Assembly: GCA_003971905.1 (NCBI GenBank)
Contig: RSEE01000055.1
Location: 186,001 to 250,000, forward strand
Origin: Moniliella sp. 'wahieum'
Taxonomy: Eukaryota
Length of the DNA stretch: 64,000 nucleotides
Reading direction: 5' to 3'
Of the stretch, positions 50,971-64,000 are shown piece after piece (position 1 is the stretch's first letter; each line of letters begins with the position of its first letter). A model generated the notes under the pieces. It did no database searches. It had not been told where the DNA came from and saw only the letters and a program-made list of their open reading frames with translations. Made by a program: the position numbers and the translations under genes.

Positions 50971-51676
50971 TGTGAGTTATTCTGTTTGGACACAGCCCGT
51001 GTCAGCCACGCGGTTCTCATCTTTGGCGCTCGTGGGCGGGGGCGCATGGAGCTACACAGTGCCCGAACGGAGATCCAAACACGCACCTTGAGTTGGTTGG
51101 CTGTCGACGGATGGAAAGCAGGTGGGCGAGCGGGAGGGCCAAGCCGCCGCAGCGGACAGACAGCTGGGCAGAGTAGGGTTTGGCATTTGGACCGACGGCA
51201 GCACTGCACAAGTGTACCGGCGCCCTACTGCGGCAGGCAGGCAGGGGTAGGGTTGCACTGCGCTGGCTGGAGCGCGTTGTACCGACGACGAGGAAGAGTT
51301 GAACGTTCAAAGTGGACGCACGTCGACGCGCTGACAGGGGAGGGAGGATGGGTGCAAGGGGCAATGGCAGTTGCAAGGGAAAGGCGGCGGCAGGCAGCGG
51401 GGCGACGCAGCGCCGCAGAGGAGAGCACTGCCGCCTGCGATCCGCCCCGGCTGGCACGAGGCACCGCCCCAGTCTCGACGCACGGCCCAGTCTCCCCTCC
51501 GGCAGAGTGCTGTGGTGCCGCAGCGGCCCCCGGGCTGCCAGCAGCAGCCTGCAGCGGCGGAGGGCGAGCGTCGCTGAGCAGCCCAGCCTTGCCCAGCGTC
51601 CTGAACGCTCGGCCCACGCTCAGCTCCACTCCCGCCGTTGCCACACCACCACCACCCCCTCCACCTCCACCCTGCC

Positions 51677-52657
51677 ATGGACGCCTGGAAGTCGTTTACC
51701 ACCTCCCTCTCTGGCGCCGCTGCCACGGCCGCTGCCAGCGCTGCGCCCGTCGGCTCGCGTCTCAGCAAGCAGCTCGGCCACCTGTCCCAGCAGGCTCGCG
51801 AGCGCCTGGGCGCAGTCGACGATGTGACGGAGCTGCCGGCTGAGTACCGTGCGCTGGAGGCGCGCGTCGATGGCCTGCACGGCCCACGCCGCTGTCGCCC
51901 GTGTAGTCAAGGTGTACGAGAGCGAGGCGTACGACTGCCCCGTCAACGTCCAAGAGTCGGTCAGCGAAGCGTCTCGCGCTCGCTACCACTGTCAGTACCT
52001 GGGCTGCCCAGGCGCGCGGCACGCCAGCTGCTCACCAGTCTGCCCCCCCTCCCCACCGCACGCTTGCCCATACCCTCTCCCGTGCGGCAGCTAGCGCGGC
52101 CGTCGACCTTCAGCCCAAAGCCGGTGCCGAGACGGAGGAGCCCGAGGCGGTGCAGGCCTTGGCCTCCGCCCTGCAATCGGTCAGCATTGCCACGAACAGT
52201 GTGGGCAATGCACGTCTGGAGCAAGACCACGAGATTATCGCCTCCTTCTACACGCCCTGGATTGCCTTTGGCAACCAAATTGGCTTGGCCACCAAGGCGC
52301 GCCAAGCGGTGGGAGATGCACGGCTGGAGCTGGATGCGGCCAAGCAGACGCTCAAGTCGCTGGAGACGTCCTTGGCCACCTCCCCAGCCGCCGACCGGTC
52401 CAGGCTTGAGAAGGCCCAGACGGACGTGGAAAATGCAGAGGATGCGCTGGCCGCAACGGAGGATGCGATTGGGCTGATGAAGAATGTGCTGGAGAACCCC
52501 GAGCCGGTGCGGATGCTCGGCGTGCTGGTTCAAGTGTACTCCTGCCTCTTGTTCCTCGATGCGAAACTGACCCTTCCGCCACAGGCAAGCCGAGTTCCAT
52601 CGCAAAGCGGCAGAAGCGCTCGAGACGGCCTTGGCCCAGGTCTCGGCGATTCATTAA
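51677..52657 (+). CDS. GVP36: BAR-domain protein, Gvp36-like
   Basis: QQARERLGAVDDVTELPAEYRALEARVD, VYESEAYDCPVNVQES, KARQAVGDARLELDAAK, VENAEDAL...TEDAIGLMKNVLENPE; last intron about 52536-52583. Confidence 0.85.
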
Positions 52658-53268
52658 GATACCTCCCCTTCCCTTTCCCGCCAAGTTGGTGGTGTGTGTA
52701 TTGCCAATGATGTTGCTCCCCCTGCCCCCCCCCCTCACACACATCCGCCTGAGGTCCAGTTCGGCATTCATTGTTCCTCTGTGTTGGTCTCTGTGCACGC
52801 GACGCTCCCAGACGTGTCCTGATGAACCCTGAATTTATGTGTAGTCTCTGTGTGTGAGCGGCTGAGACCAATGTTGTACCGAGATAGGGGGTGACGATAT
52901 TGGGCCGGACACGAGAAGCCTCTAAACGGGAGGGAGGAGAACAACACAGATCGATTCATCTGAGGGTGCAGCTGGGCCACCACGTCCTAGGTAGGGGAAA
53001 GAAAAAAATTAGACGTCCAAACAACATAACTAACTAGTCGGTGAGCACCTCGTCCTACGTGCGTGAACTGTGGCCGTTGCCGGTTGAACTTCAACGTTGA
53101 TGCTACCTTTTTGCCGTTGGTTTCGCCGCTCTCCTTCACAGCATGTCACCTTAGTCTGGAGTCACTCTCCTGAGATCTGAGATGGGGGACTGTTTATGGG
53201 GCTGTACAAGGGTTGCAGCAAACAGAGGGATAGATTGTCGTATGCACAAAAGGGTACTAAGTAGGTTT

Positions 53269-55563
53269 CTACCCCAAACGTGCATGGGGTGGCAGGGGGT
53301 CTTCGATCTGCTCCTGCGGAAGTTTCTCAATAAACGCCTTGACGCACTTGACCATCGTCGGGGACGCGCGGCTGATTGGGTCGGTCTGGTAAAAGTTCTT
53401 GATCGGGTTGACCAAGGGCGCACCCGTTGCTTCCGCCAGATTCCCGCCGGCAATCAGCTGGTTCAAGCCCAGAAGCGCCGTGGCGGGCTGGTGGGCTCCG
53501 CTACATCGTACCGCACCAGCGTCGGGGAGATGTCAAACAGCCGGTCACGCAGCTCCAACGTACTGTCGTACGGCAAGGTCACCCCCACCTCCGACAAGGC
53601 ACGAACAATCTTCCAGTCCTCCCGGCTCGCTCCGGGCGGAGGCACGGCAGCACGGGTAAGCTGAGTCCGGCCTTCGGTGTTAACATACGTCACACTCTTC
53701 TCCGTGTACGCTGCGCCTGGCAACACCACATCGGCATACTGCGCACCCACATCACCGTGGTGTCCTTGGTACACCACGAAGGCTTCCTCGGGAATCGAGG
53801 CAGGGTCAAAGTCGTCAGAGTTGAGAAGGTAAATGAATTTGGGCTCCGTCTTCTCGGCCGCCTTGGAAGGTGCAAAGCCAAGCTCGTTCGCTCCGTTGCG
53901 AGAGGCCGTACGTTGCAGAATGCTGAGCCCGTTCCACTCGGGCGTGAGGAACTGGGCCTGGTGTTGCTTGATGTGATTGGCAATGCCACTGAGAATGTGT
54001 TTGCCATCCGCATTTTCAGGACCGCGCTGCCCACAATAATCATCGGTTTCTTGGCCGCTTGGAACTTTTGCGCAAACTCCGAGGAACCAGTCAGGGCTTC
54101 CTGCAACGCCGTGGCGTCCGTACCCAGATGAGCATAGTCGTACGTCAAGTCTTCCGGTTCACCCACCAGCCCCAGATCCTGTCCCAGACGAAGGAATGCC
54201 TTGCGCAGACGAGCATTGACCAGCGTCCCCTCGTGCCGCGGGCTGGTGCCGACCACAAAACCACATCTGCATCTTCGATCCCAGCAATCCCAGCGTTGAA
54301 CGAGTAGTTGGAGCGAATCGACGCATTGATGCTGGTCTTGTCGCCGCCAGGCAAATCAATGGTAGTGTTGTCTGAACCCAGCCGGTTGATCAGGTCCTTG
54401 AGCGCGGCGAGCGACTCGGTGTCGGCCAACGCACCCGCTACCGCCTTGATCTCGTTCCCTTGGGCTTGGGTCGAGATCAGCCCGGCAGCAATTGACGCCA
54501 GTGCTTCGGGCCAAGTAGCGGGCACGAACCGATCGCCCTGTTTGATGAGCGGGGCCGTGAGGCGCTGGTACTTGAGACCGTCGACGGCAAAGCGCGTCTT
54601 GTCGTTGATCCACTCCTCGTTGACATCGTCGTTGGTACGGGGGAGAACGCGCATGACCTGCACGCCCCGCGAGTCTACACGAATGTTTGAGCCAACGGCA
54701 TCAAGTACATCGATGGACTCGGTGTTCTTCAGTTCCCACGGACGCGAGTGGAACGCACCGGGCTTGCTCGTCAGCGCACCCACAGGGCACAGATCAATCA
54801 CGTTGCCCGACAGCTCGGAATTGAGCACCTGCTCTACATACATGCCAATCTGCAGGTCGTTCCCACGGCCCGTCGTGCCCATCTCTTGCACACCGGCAAT
54901 CTCGTTGGAGAAGCGCACACAGCGAGTGCAGTGAATGCAACGCGTCATCACCGTCTTGACCAAGGGGCCCATGTACTTGTCCTCTACCGCACGCTTACCC
55001 TTGACTTCATGGAAGCGGCCGCGGTCCGCACCGTAGCGCATCGACTGGTCCTGCAAGTCGCACTCCCCGCCCCAGTCGCAGATAGGGCAGTCGAGCGGGT
55101 GGTTGGACAGCAGGAACTCCATCACGCCTTCCCGCCACGAGTTGACCTTGGCCGAGGTGGTGCTGATCACTTGCCCCGGCATGGCGGGGAAGGCACACGA
55201 GGCAAGCGGTTTGGGCGCGCCCTTGCTCTCGACGAGGCACATGCGGCAGTTGCCCGCCACGTTGAGGCGCTCGTGGTAGCAGAAACGCGGGATCTGGGCG
55301 CCAGCCTGCTCGCAAGCCTGGATCAAAGCCGTGCTGCATATGCAGAGGTCAGCAGGGAGGGGGGGTTAGAAAACGGGAGGCGGAAAGAGGACATACCCCT
55401 GCGGCACCTCGATCTCCTTGCCATCCACCGTGAGCTTGATCATCTTGATGTCGGCGGCGGCGGCGTGGGCGACGCGTGCCGAGGTGGCGAGGGCGGCGGC
55501 GAGGGCGGGCGCATGGGGGCGCGACACGCGCGCCAGCGGGGCAAGCGAGGCGCGCAGCAGCAT
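53269..55563 (-). CDS. NDUFS1: NADH:ubiquinone oxidoreductase 75 kDa Fe-S subunit
   Basis: Presequence; [105 protein letters not shown]; intron 55334-55396. Confidence 0.97.
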
Positions 55564-55843
55564 GGAGCGGGGGTCGATGGCGGCGCAGACAGCGGCGCGG
55601 CGGCCGGGGGGTTGGATCTTGGAGCTGAAGCCAGGCGGGGGAAATTAGTAATGGGCAACCCTAGCGGCTGCCTGCCCGGCCTGGCCTGTGGTCGATGATC
55701 GACAGTCTCCACTAAGTATACTTATATATGAGCAGCACATCACCCATTGGAATGGCTGGGCTACGGTGTGCTGCGACTACATAGGTACACTATGCCTGCG
55801 TCCGCTGTGCTCCCCAGCGTCCCTCGCGTGCGCGCCAACGTGC

Positions 55844-58800
55844 TCATCGTACTGATATCTGCCCCTCAGGTGCTGCCTGCACTGCCTGTGCGCCCGGCGC
55901 GCGCATCCCCCCCCCCGCCGGCCGCCGGCCGAGTGCGGCCGCCGGTGCGGCTCCTCCGTCGACAGCGGCGAGAAGGGCCGTGGCCCCGGCTCGGAGCGCG
56001 TCGCCGACACGGCACTGGCCCCCGGACTGACCACCATCTTGTCCCGCGACACCAGCACGCTCTCCCCCCGCCCGGCCGAGACGGGCGGCGTGCGCCGGGA
56101 CTGCTGCCTCTTCTTCCCGCCCCCGTCGCCCTCCGCCACTCGACATGCGGCGCCGTTTGGCCCCGGCACGCGGTGAGCCCGCCCCCGCTGTCCCGCGTTC
56201 ACGCTTTAGCCGCCCGCCCATTCGCACCCGTAGGAAGCGCACTGCGGACGCTGGCCGCACTCGCTGCGCTCGTCGCACTGGCGGCATTGACGCCCGTGGG
56301 GGGGCACCGCTACCGTTACCGGACAACCGAGCGGTCGTTGGCGCCGCCGGCCCACTCGGCACACTGGTGGGTCCCCTCGGAGGCTGAGGCTGAGGCTGGT
56401 ACCGCACCCCCCCCGCCAAGCCCAGCAATGCATCCACCGCCCCGCTATCCGCCTCCTGCAGTTCCTCTTTCCCGCTTTCCTCCGAGTCCGACTTGCGGGT
56501 CTTGGTCTTGCGGCGCGCTCGGGGCGACGCGCGGGGCTGCTGGGGATTGGCGATGGGTGGGGAAGGGGTCAGGCCCGGAGCAGATACGGATACGGATGCG
56601 GTGCGGCTAGGACCAGGCTCAGGGTTACGCCGCGCCGGGTCTGCGCCCGGCCCCAGTGGCTGGGAGGGCGGTAGCTCGCGCTCGGCTGCTACTGCGTCCG
56701 GGCGCTCGGCTCCGACCCCCGGCCCGATCGGGCGGGGGGCGGAGGTCGGGCTGCATGACAGGAAAGCCGCTTGGGCGCGCAGCTACTGGCACGCCAGGCC
56801 CGAGGCTATGCAAGGCAGGTACGTTGGCATCCGGCACGGCAGGCGCATTTTCGCCTTCCCCTGCCTCGTAGGAGCCTGTGAGATACTGCGCTGTCGTACT
56901 CACATCCAGGGCGTGGGCGGGGAGCGCGGAGGGATGGGCGTGTCGTTGGGCTCGGCAAGGAAGGTGCGCAAGCGGGCAGCGATCACGGGGTTCCGGGTCC
57001 AACTGGGCAGCCCGCACGTACGCGTCCCGTGCGTCCTGCCGCTGGTTGTTGCACGTTTCGTACAGACAGCCAAGGTTGAACCACACCTCGGGGATGCCAG
57101 GGTGGAGCTGGATGGCGCGGCTGAAGGCATCGAGCGTGTCTTCGTACTGCTCAATACGGTAGTACAGCAGGCCGATCGAACACCAGAACGTGGCTTGGTT
57201 CCCATCGCGGAAAACAGCCTGCTGGTACGCCTCGTACGCCTTGTCGTAATTCTCTTGGGCCATCAAGGCGCGGCCGAGAAGGTACCAGGTCTGAGCATCC
57301 GCCGCATCGGCCTCGAGCGAGATTGTCAGATACTCCACCGCCCGATCCTGGTCGGCAAAGGGGGTTTCAGAATGGAGATAGAGCCCCCCCAACTGCTGGA
57401 GCACCTTGGCGTGCTGCGGTAACTCGCGAGCACACGCTCGTACGCTTCTTTGGCCATCACAAAGTCCCGCTGTAGCTCGCACACGTGGCCCACCTGGAAC
57501 TGGATATCCGCCTGCTTCAACGGCGCAGGCGGATCGGGAAGGATGTAGCGGAAACAATCGAGGCTGGCAGGGAACTTGCGCTGTTGCTTGTAGATCACCC
57601 CGAGCCGGAAAAAGATCTCGTTTGCCTTGTCAAAGTCGGCATCCATGCTCACCACGCTAGAAAAGGCTTGCTCGGCATGCTCCAGCAGGCCATACCGGTC
57701 GTACAGGATCCCAATCCCGTACCACAGCCGCGGCTCCTTGGGGTTGGAGAGGTTGTAGAGCGCTTTCTGGTACGCCGCATACGCACTCTGCAAGTCGTCC
57801 ATCATCAGGTAGCAGTGGCCCAGCGCACCCCACGTCTCCCCGTCCTCAGGGGCAAGCTGGAGCGCGCGCTGCAACACTTCCACCGCCTTGTCCTGCTGTT
57901 CCATATCCCGGTACACATTCCCCAGCGCCCGATGGGCCGCCAACGAGTGCGGCTCGTGCTGCAGTGCGTTCTGTATCGAATGGATGGCTCGTTCGTAGCC
58001 ATCCGGGCCGCCCATCGTCGTTGCCGCCGAGGCTGCATGGGGTGGGAGGTTAGCGCCGTATCAAAGCGAAGCAAAAAGACAAAACAGAACCAACAGGTAC
58101 GCACCAATCGACAACCAGGTTTCCACGTTGGCCTGGATCAGTTCTTTCATCACCCCTACCGCCTCTCGGACGGGGGAGGAAACTGTGCCGAAGATGGACG
58201 GAGAGGAGGCGAGAGCTTGGTCCCAGCCGCATCCGCCTCTGCATCCGCGCCCGCAGCGATGGCAGTCGTAGCAGGGTCATTGGCCATCCTCAGCCTCCGC
58301 CCAGCTGTGGCATGAACAGGCACGGGCGCCACCACACGTCCCGCTGCCGTGGCCGCCGCTTCCATCGGCTCTTCCCGTAGCAGTGGCGACCGTATCGGAA
58401 GAGGCATCCTCCCCATCGTGGGAGCTGCCTCAATGCGCTGCGCCTCAACTTGAGCATGAGCAGTCTCCATGTGGTGGGCATGAGCTGCGGCTTCCATCTG
58501 GGCCTGAGCCTGAGCCTGAGCCTGAGCTGGGCCTGAGCTTGAGCCTGACCTGAGCTTGAGCTTGAGCCTGAGCTTGAGTATGTGCTTCAGCCTGTGCCTG
58601 AGCTTGGGCTTGCGCTTGCGCCTGTGCATGAGCTTGGGCTTGGGCTTGGGCTTGGCTTGGGCTTGTGCCTGAGCCTGAGCTTGAGCTTGAGCTTGGGCGG
58701 CCTGGGCCCGTGCTTGAGCTTGGGCTTGAGCTTGGGCTTGGGCTTGAGCTTGGGCTTGAGCTTGGGCTTGGGCTTGAGCTTTTGCAGCTTGTGCTTGAGC

Positions 58801-59911
58801 CTGGGCTTGAGCTTGGGCCTGGGCTTCAGCTTCAGCCTGAGCCTGGGCCTGAGCTTCGGCTTCGGCTTCAGCTTCAGCTGCAGCCTGAGCCTGGGCCTGG
58901 GCCTGGGCCTGGGCTGGCCTTGCTTGAGCTTGCGCATGTGCTTGTGCTTGAGCATGTGCTTGCGCTTGTGCATGAGCCCGTTCCTCTTCGACCTCGTCCG
59001 GCTCTGGAGGCGCAGTATAGGGCGGAAGAAGGCTCATGGCCACACCCTGTTGGCGGTTATGATCGTATTCCCGCTCGTATGCCATCAAGCGTTCGCGTGT
59101 CCGCTCAACAGGAGGCAACACATGCAGTGCATGAGGCCTCGCCGCGCATGGTCCCGTTCCCACTTCCTCCCACTCTCGCTTCGGCCGATCCCGCTCCTCG
59201 GCCATCAGGGCGAAGGGTGGCGCGCGGCTCCCCCTGGGCGTGGGCAGCTTGTGCGTGTGCTTGCGCTTGTGTTGGGCATGGGCTTGTGCTGAGCGTGGGC
59301 ATGGGCATGTGCTTGGGCTTGGGTTGGGCGTGGGCATGGGCCTGGGCCTGGGCCTGAGCATGGTACTCGTACTCGACTCATACTCTCTCTGGGCGCGCTC
59401 GCGCTCATATGCCGCATGCGCCTCGCGCTCCTCCCATGGCACCTCCCCGGCTGGCGAGGCGACGCCTCGTATCGCCCGCGCCGAGGCGGCATGGCAGGAT
59501 GCCAGGGGGAAGCATGCACACTGCGTGGCGGCGAGCGGAGCGGAGACCCGGGCGCCATGGCGGGGACGGGGTGGGGCCCGTGCGGGCGGCAGGCGAGTAG
59601 TGCGGGTGGGGATGGGCCAGGACCGAGGGCGGGCGGGCGGGCGGATGCATGCGGGCGTCGGGATCGGGATCGCGCTCGCGGCTGGCATAGCGCGCAGGGT
59701 AGGGCGCGGGCGGTAGGCCGGCTCAGCGTCGTACGCGGCGGCGGCGGCGGCGGCGGTAGGGCGGGCGGTAGGCGGGCGGCGGCGGCGGGTAGGCCGGGGG
59801 CTGCCGGGCGGCGGCGGCGGGGCGGCGTAGGCGTAGGGCGCGCATAGACGTCGGGCACGGGGGGGCCGCGCGGGGCGGCGCGGCGGGCGGCAGACGCTGG
59901 CTGTAGGCCAT
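55844..59911 (-). CDS. SSN6: General transcriptional co-repressor Ssn6/Cyc8 (TPR), frameshifted; ends approximate
   Basis: TPRs: [77 protein letters not shown]...[14 protein letters not shown]...[26 protein letters not shown]. Confidence 0.92.
58495..58978 (-). repeat. Coding hexanucleotide-period repeat encoding (QA)n in Ssn6
   Basis: CAGGCT/CAAGCT/CAAGCC/CAGGCC units on the minus strand giving AQAQAQ... Confidence 0.92.
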
Positions 59912-60647
59912 CGAGGGAGCGGGAGCGGGAGAGGTGGTGGATGCGTCCTCGATCGGCGGCGGCGAGAAACGGCAAGAACAAAGCAACCCGCGGGGAGCGT
60001 CAGCGGTGGGCACATGCATGGCACCAGTGACATGTGACTGGTGACGATGACATACATGATGCAATCGTTGGACTCTGTTCCGAGGGAAACGACGAGAATA
60101 TAGAATAGCTCTCTGCATCCCTGCAGCCTGCGCATCTGAGACTGTACCCTGGCGGGTGATGTATGTAAACGCTTAGCGCTTACTAGTTGACGTTGAGCTA
60201 CTAGTTGCGCGTTGCGTTCCTCGGACTCAGATGCATGATCGATACTCCATCTACTCAGTACTCACGCTTCAAGGTACTCAGGACGCAACCCTCAGCGCCT
60301 GAGTCAGGAGTGCAATAGCGCATAAGCCATCGACGTGGACGGTGGACCGTGGACGGTAGCCAGTAAACGTTGGGCCGCGGCGCGTGGACCTTGATGGACC
60401 TTGGACAGTAGACCGTGGGCCGTGGAAGTTGAGTACTTGAGTATTGAGTACGTTGAATCGATTAAACTCGATTACCGGATTACCGATTCAACGTAGGACG
60501 ATGCGCGTGGCACGATGGCAAAACGTGGTCGGCGCCAGGGGGTGGCGAAGCGTGGCAGTCAAGCTCCCATCTATTTCTCCCGCTCGCTTGATCGCACGCC
60601 ACATCCCAGCACGTACTGTCCGTGTCACACACACTGGCCCCTTGGAG

Positions 60648-60675
60648 CTTGAAGCTTGAAGCTTGAAGCTTGAAG
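60648..60675. repeat. (CTTGAAG)x4 array of 7-bp interrupted palindromes
   Basis: Read directly; longest perfect example seen of the window-wide motif family. Confidence 0.95.
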
Positions 60676-63600
60676 CTGGACACCATCGATTGCCGGTACC
60701 CCCCCAGTGCACCCCCCCCATCGCCATTCGTACTAAGCCACCGCTGCGCTAACGTTGCCAACGGAAAAAGATCCCGCCTCGTCAGCCTGGCGCCAGGGCC
60801 CTGGTGCCGTTGGTCTCACTCGGTTGTCCAACTGTTCCACACCATGCATCATGCATCACAGCCATGTCATACACACATGCCACTTGTCACGTGCATCTTA
60901 CACGACATCATGCATCATGCATCATTTGTCATGCATGTCACTAGCTCATCACCTACGCACTCGTCCGAATCTCAGATCTCAGACTGGATCATGCATTACA
61001 TCACGCGTCACGCGACCGGAGTCACCCGGTCACAGGTCCGATCTCAGACGCCACGCATCGTGCATCAGACATCATGCATACACCATGCATCTAGTATCAC
61101 GCATCACAAGTCACAGTTCTCCGATCTTGGTTCTCAGTTACTCGTGTACTCAGTGCGCCCAACTCAGACCTCAAAACACAGTGGACTCGTACGTACTGTC
61201 ACATGTCACATGTCACATGTAACGCGCCACGCATCCCCCACGTCACGTTCAGGCCTCCGTTCTTAGTACGTGTACGTACTCGGTACCAGCCCTCATACTG
61301 AGACCCGGTGTAACTCAGTGCTCAGTACGTTTAGTACACTCTGTCCCTAGTCCCCAGTACGTACTCAATACTGAGATCGATGAGACTCCCTGCACACCAA
61401 CCATCGATCATTGATCATCATGCATCATGTATCATGCATCACGCAGGCTGAGTGCTCGCTGAGTCAAGCGTACGAGTTCAGTGTTCATATTCATAACTCA
61501 GGCCGTGTACTCTGTACGAGTAGGTGGTGACGCTGACGACCTTGCCGGGTCTTTTGGGGGACAGGCCGGCCAGGGCGCCTCGAAGCCTTGTTGCGAGGTG
61601 CTACTACTGGTTGAAGCGTGAACAACTGGCCGCAAGCAGATGGCCTCGATTCACGGAAAGGGGGAGCTGATCGTGATCACGCGCACGCCGGCCACGGATC
61701 ACGAGTTCGCCCAGCACCCGCAATGCACTCCAATCGGGGTTTGGTGTAAGCGAACCACGATGTGCAATACAGCCAAATGACCTAGCATAACTATTTGTCG
61801 TCTAGTATAATACGCTGAATGAACGATGAGCTCGATGAGCGAGCAGCTGGCGCACTCAGCGTTTCTTAAGTTGTCTCCGTGCATTGCATTCCCATTGACG
61901 AAGTTCCGCAATTGCCAATATGAATTCAAGAAAGGAGACGTCAATTCCAAACTTCCATCATCATGTCATAGGGTAGCCTCGGAGTAAGACGGCTGCGGTG
62001 GACCCGAGATGGTCCGATCCAGGCTATTACGACCCGCCTGCTCCGCACATACCCAGTAAAGCGTGCTCCGCAGTCCAACCAAGTGTGATGATGGTTGATT
62101 AAATTAGGTGCCGTGGCCCGAGGGGCCATGCATCCGTGCGACAATAGTCGCTCCCGGCACAAGTCCAAGTCGGCTGGCCTGAATAAGGCCACCGAGCTTC
62201 CAGTGTCTTGGCGCGACGACTGTCGCTTCTATCCCTGTTTCCTTTTCCTTTCTTGGTCGCGTCTGCGGCGACCATCCCCTTTTTTGGCGTATCTTCCTTT
62301 CTACACCCCCTGTTGTTTGTTTCCGTTTCCCTTTTGATCTTGCCTGTACCCCTGGTTGATGGGGATCCTTTCCCCCACCTTCCATTCTCCTCATCCCTCG
62401 TCCACCCTCTCGTCCCTTCCCGACTATCCCTGTCCAACTCCCGCCCTTTTTCCAGCCAATTGATCTAGTATAGGCAGCCCCCTCTCTCCTCTTTTAGTGA
62501 CCGTCTCCTCTTCCGACCTCGTCATCCAGAGCACTCCATCAGTCCAGTCGCGCGAGCCCTCCTTCAGCCGCGTCGATTTCTAGGCTCTATCCGGTCTCAA
62601 TTAAGGCAGTATTTGACCGTCACTGCCTCCTCCGGTCCCTAAGTCCCGGAGGCTTCAGACACGCTACTACGGCCCAAGCCGGTGCAGACACAGCCTTGCC
62701 ACAGGTGCAGCCGCCCCACCAAAGGCCTCTCTTCGTCCCTAGCTACACTCGGATCCACCAACTAGCCCAAGCCCGAAATTACTGTGAGTCGACCTACCCT
62801 ACTCTCCTAAGGCCTAAGGGATCGTACCCCCAAAACCCCGGGCGTCCCCCCTGGTGGGGTCCGCCCCGTGACACCCCTCTACTGCATAATAGTTTAGCGG
62901 CATTGTCATTAGTAGTTTGCAATCTCAATCGTTCCCATCATTCATCCAATTTCTTCGTCCCCAGCGTTTCGCTATTTCCTTGTTCTTCCGCTTCGCACCA
63001 TCCTGTCCTTTGCTCTTACTTCTTCTCCACGAACGATTGCTACATTCCTTGACCTAGTGTCGACTGTGGTCTCCATCTCCTTAGGTCCCCGAGTGTGACA
63101 GGTGCAAACCCTTGTAAACGGCCAATCGGAGCCACCCACGGAATGTCCGGTTTCAGAACCTGGTCGAAGCGAGCGGATGTAAAGGCACGACAGAGAGACC
63201 CACTGGTTTGGGTGGGTGGCTGTGTGCAAATTTAACGCCACATCTCAGACCCTCCGAGGACGGAGCAACGTGCAACATACATTGTCAAAAAAACCGTTAA
63301 AAAGAGGTCTACATAGGTACTCTGGGACACCTGGCTGTTTGGTCATTACCACACTTGACACCGTAGAAGGCGGACCAGACGGAATCCCAACTGGAGAATA
63401 AGCGTTACTCTTGCAGTGCGATCGATGTGAGCCATACATTCGTCAGCGTAGTATAAGGGGGAAGGATAATCAATGGTGACCGGTGAAGCTTGAAGCTTGA
63501 AGGGAGAATGTGGAATCGCAGCCAACGTGCAAGCTAAGGTTGGAGAGAGGTTGGTCGGTATGCAACAAGACGGTCAATCAAAGGATCACATGGCACAGCT

Positions 63601-64000
63601 TGGAGGCCTTAGACATCTGTTTTACTTGGTTGTTCGGGTTGACGTTTACCGTTTATTTATAGTACAACTGTTAGGAGAAAACTAAAGGGCTACTGTGGAT
63701 ATTTATCAGCTCCCGCCGCGTTTCACATGTTTTTGTTTGATTGTTTTTTTTGATCTCTCGGCCCTCAGGGTGAGAGGCCTGACGGTGGGGCTTCTCCGCA
63801 TTCTTTCTATTTGATCGTTGATCCATGACGCATGACATGCACTAGTGACTCTAGTGACTACTGAGAGGGCCCTCTGTAGTCATTAGCCATTTTCAAAAGG
63901 TATATAGGTCACATATATGGAAGAGCATCGGGTGTGGTGTATATTACATCCCACACTGTTGGAGTACTCTCATCTAGGATCGATCTAGCGGTGCAGCTGC

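Noticed and set aside
41555..55563. Iron regulon cluster (Cth2-like protein beside ERG25 and an Fe-S complex I subunit)
   Set aside because: No UUAUUUAUU-type elements seen in the neighbouring 3' regions, and adjacency is not needed for a trans-acting RNA-binding protein.

Overview
GC-rich eukaryotic DNA from a fungus, most likely a basidiomycete (inferred from short GT-AG introns with CTRAC branch sites, intron-containing tRNAs and fungal-type proteins). It holds about 17 recognisable housekeeping genes: GLY1 3' end, CDC25-like RasGEF, RSM18, tricalbin, DHFR, ERG4, a second SMP/C2 protein, LHS1, a bromo-BAH RSC subunit, SEC4/Rab8, a beta-hydroxyacid dehydrogenase, a TTP-like CCCH protein, ERG25, RPL23, GVP36, the complex I 75 kDa subunit and SSN6/CYC8. 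There are also two intron-containing tRNAs and an orphan GPI16 fragment. Most long genes carry frameshifts, probably assembly indel errors, so many CDS ends are approximate. Two things stand out. (1) A 1.4-kb non-autonomous LTR element (TRIM-like; near-identical 240/239-bp LTRs, 5-bp TSD ATGCC) has inserted inside the last codons of ERG25 and replaced its C-terminus. (2) Intergenic DNA across the window follows an unusual grammar: tandem arrays of 7-bp interrupted palindromes xyT-N-Ay'x', in which the symmetry and TNA core are fixed while the outer bases vary freely.
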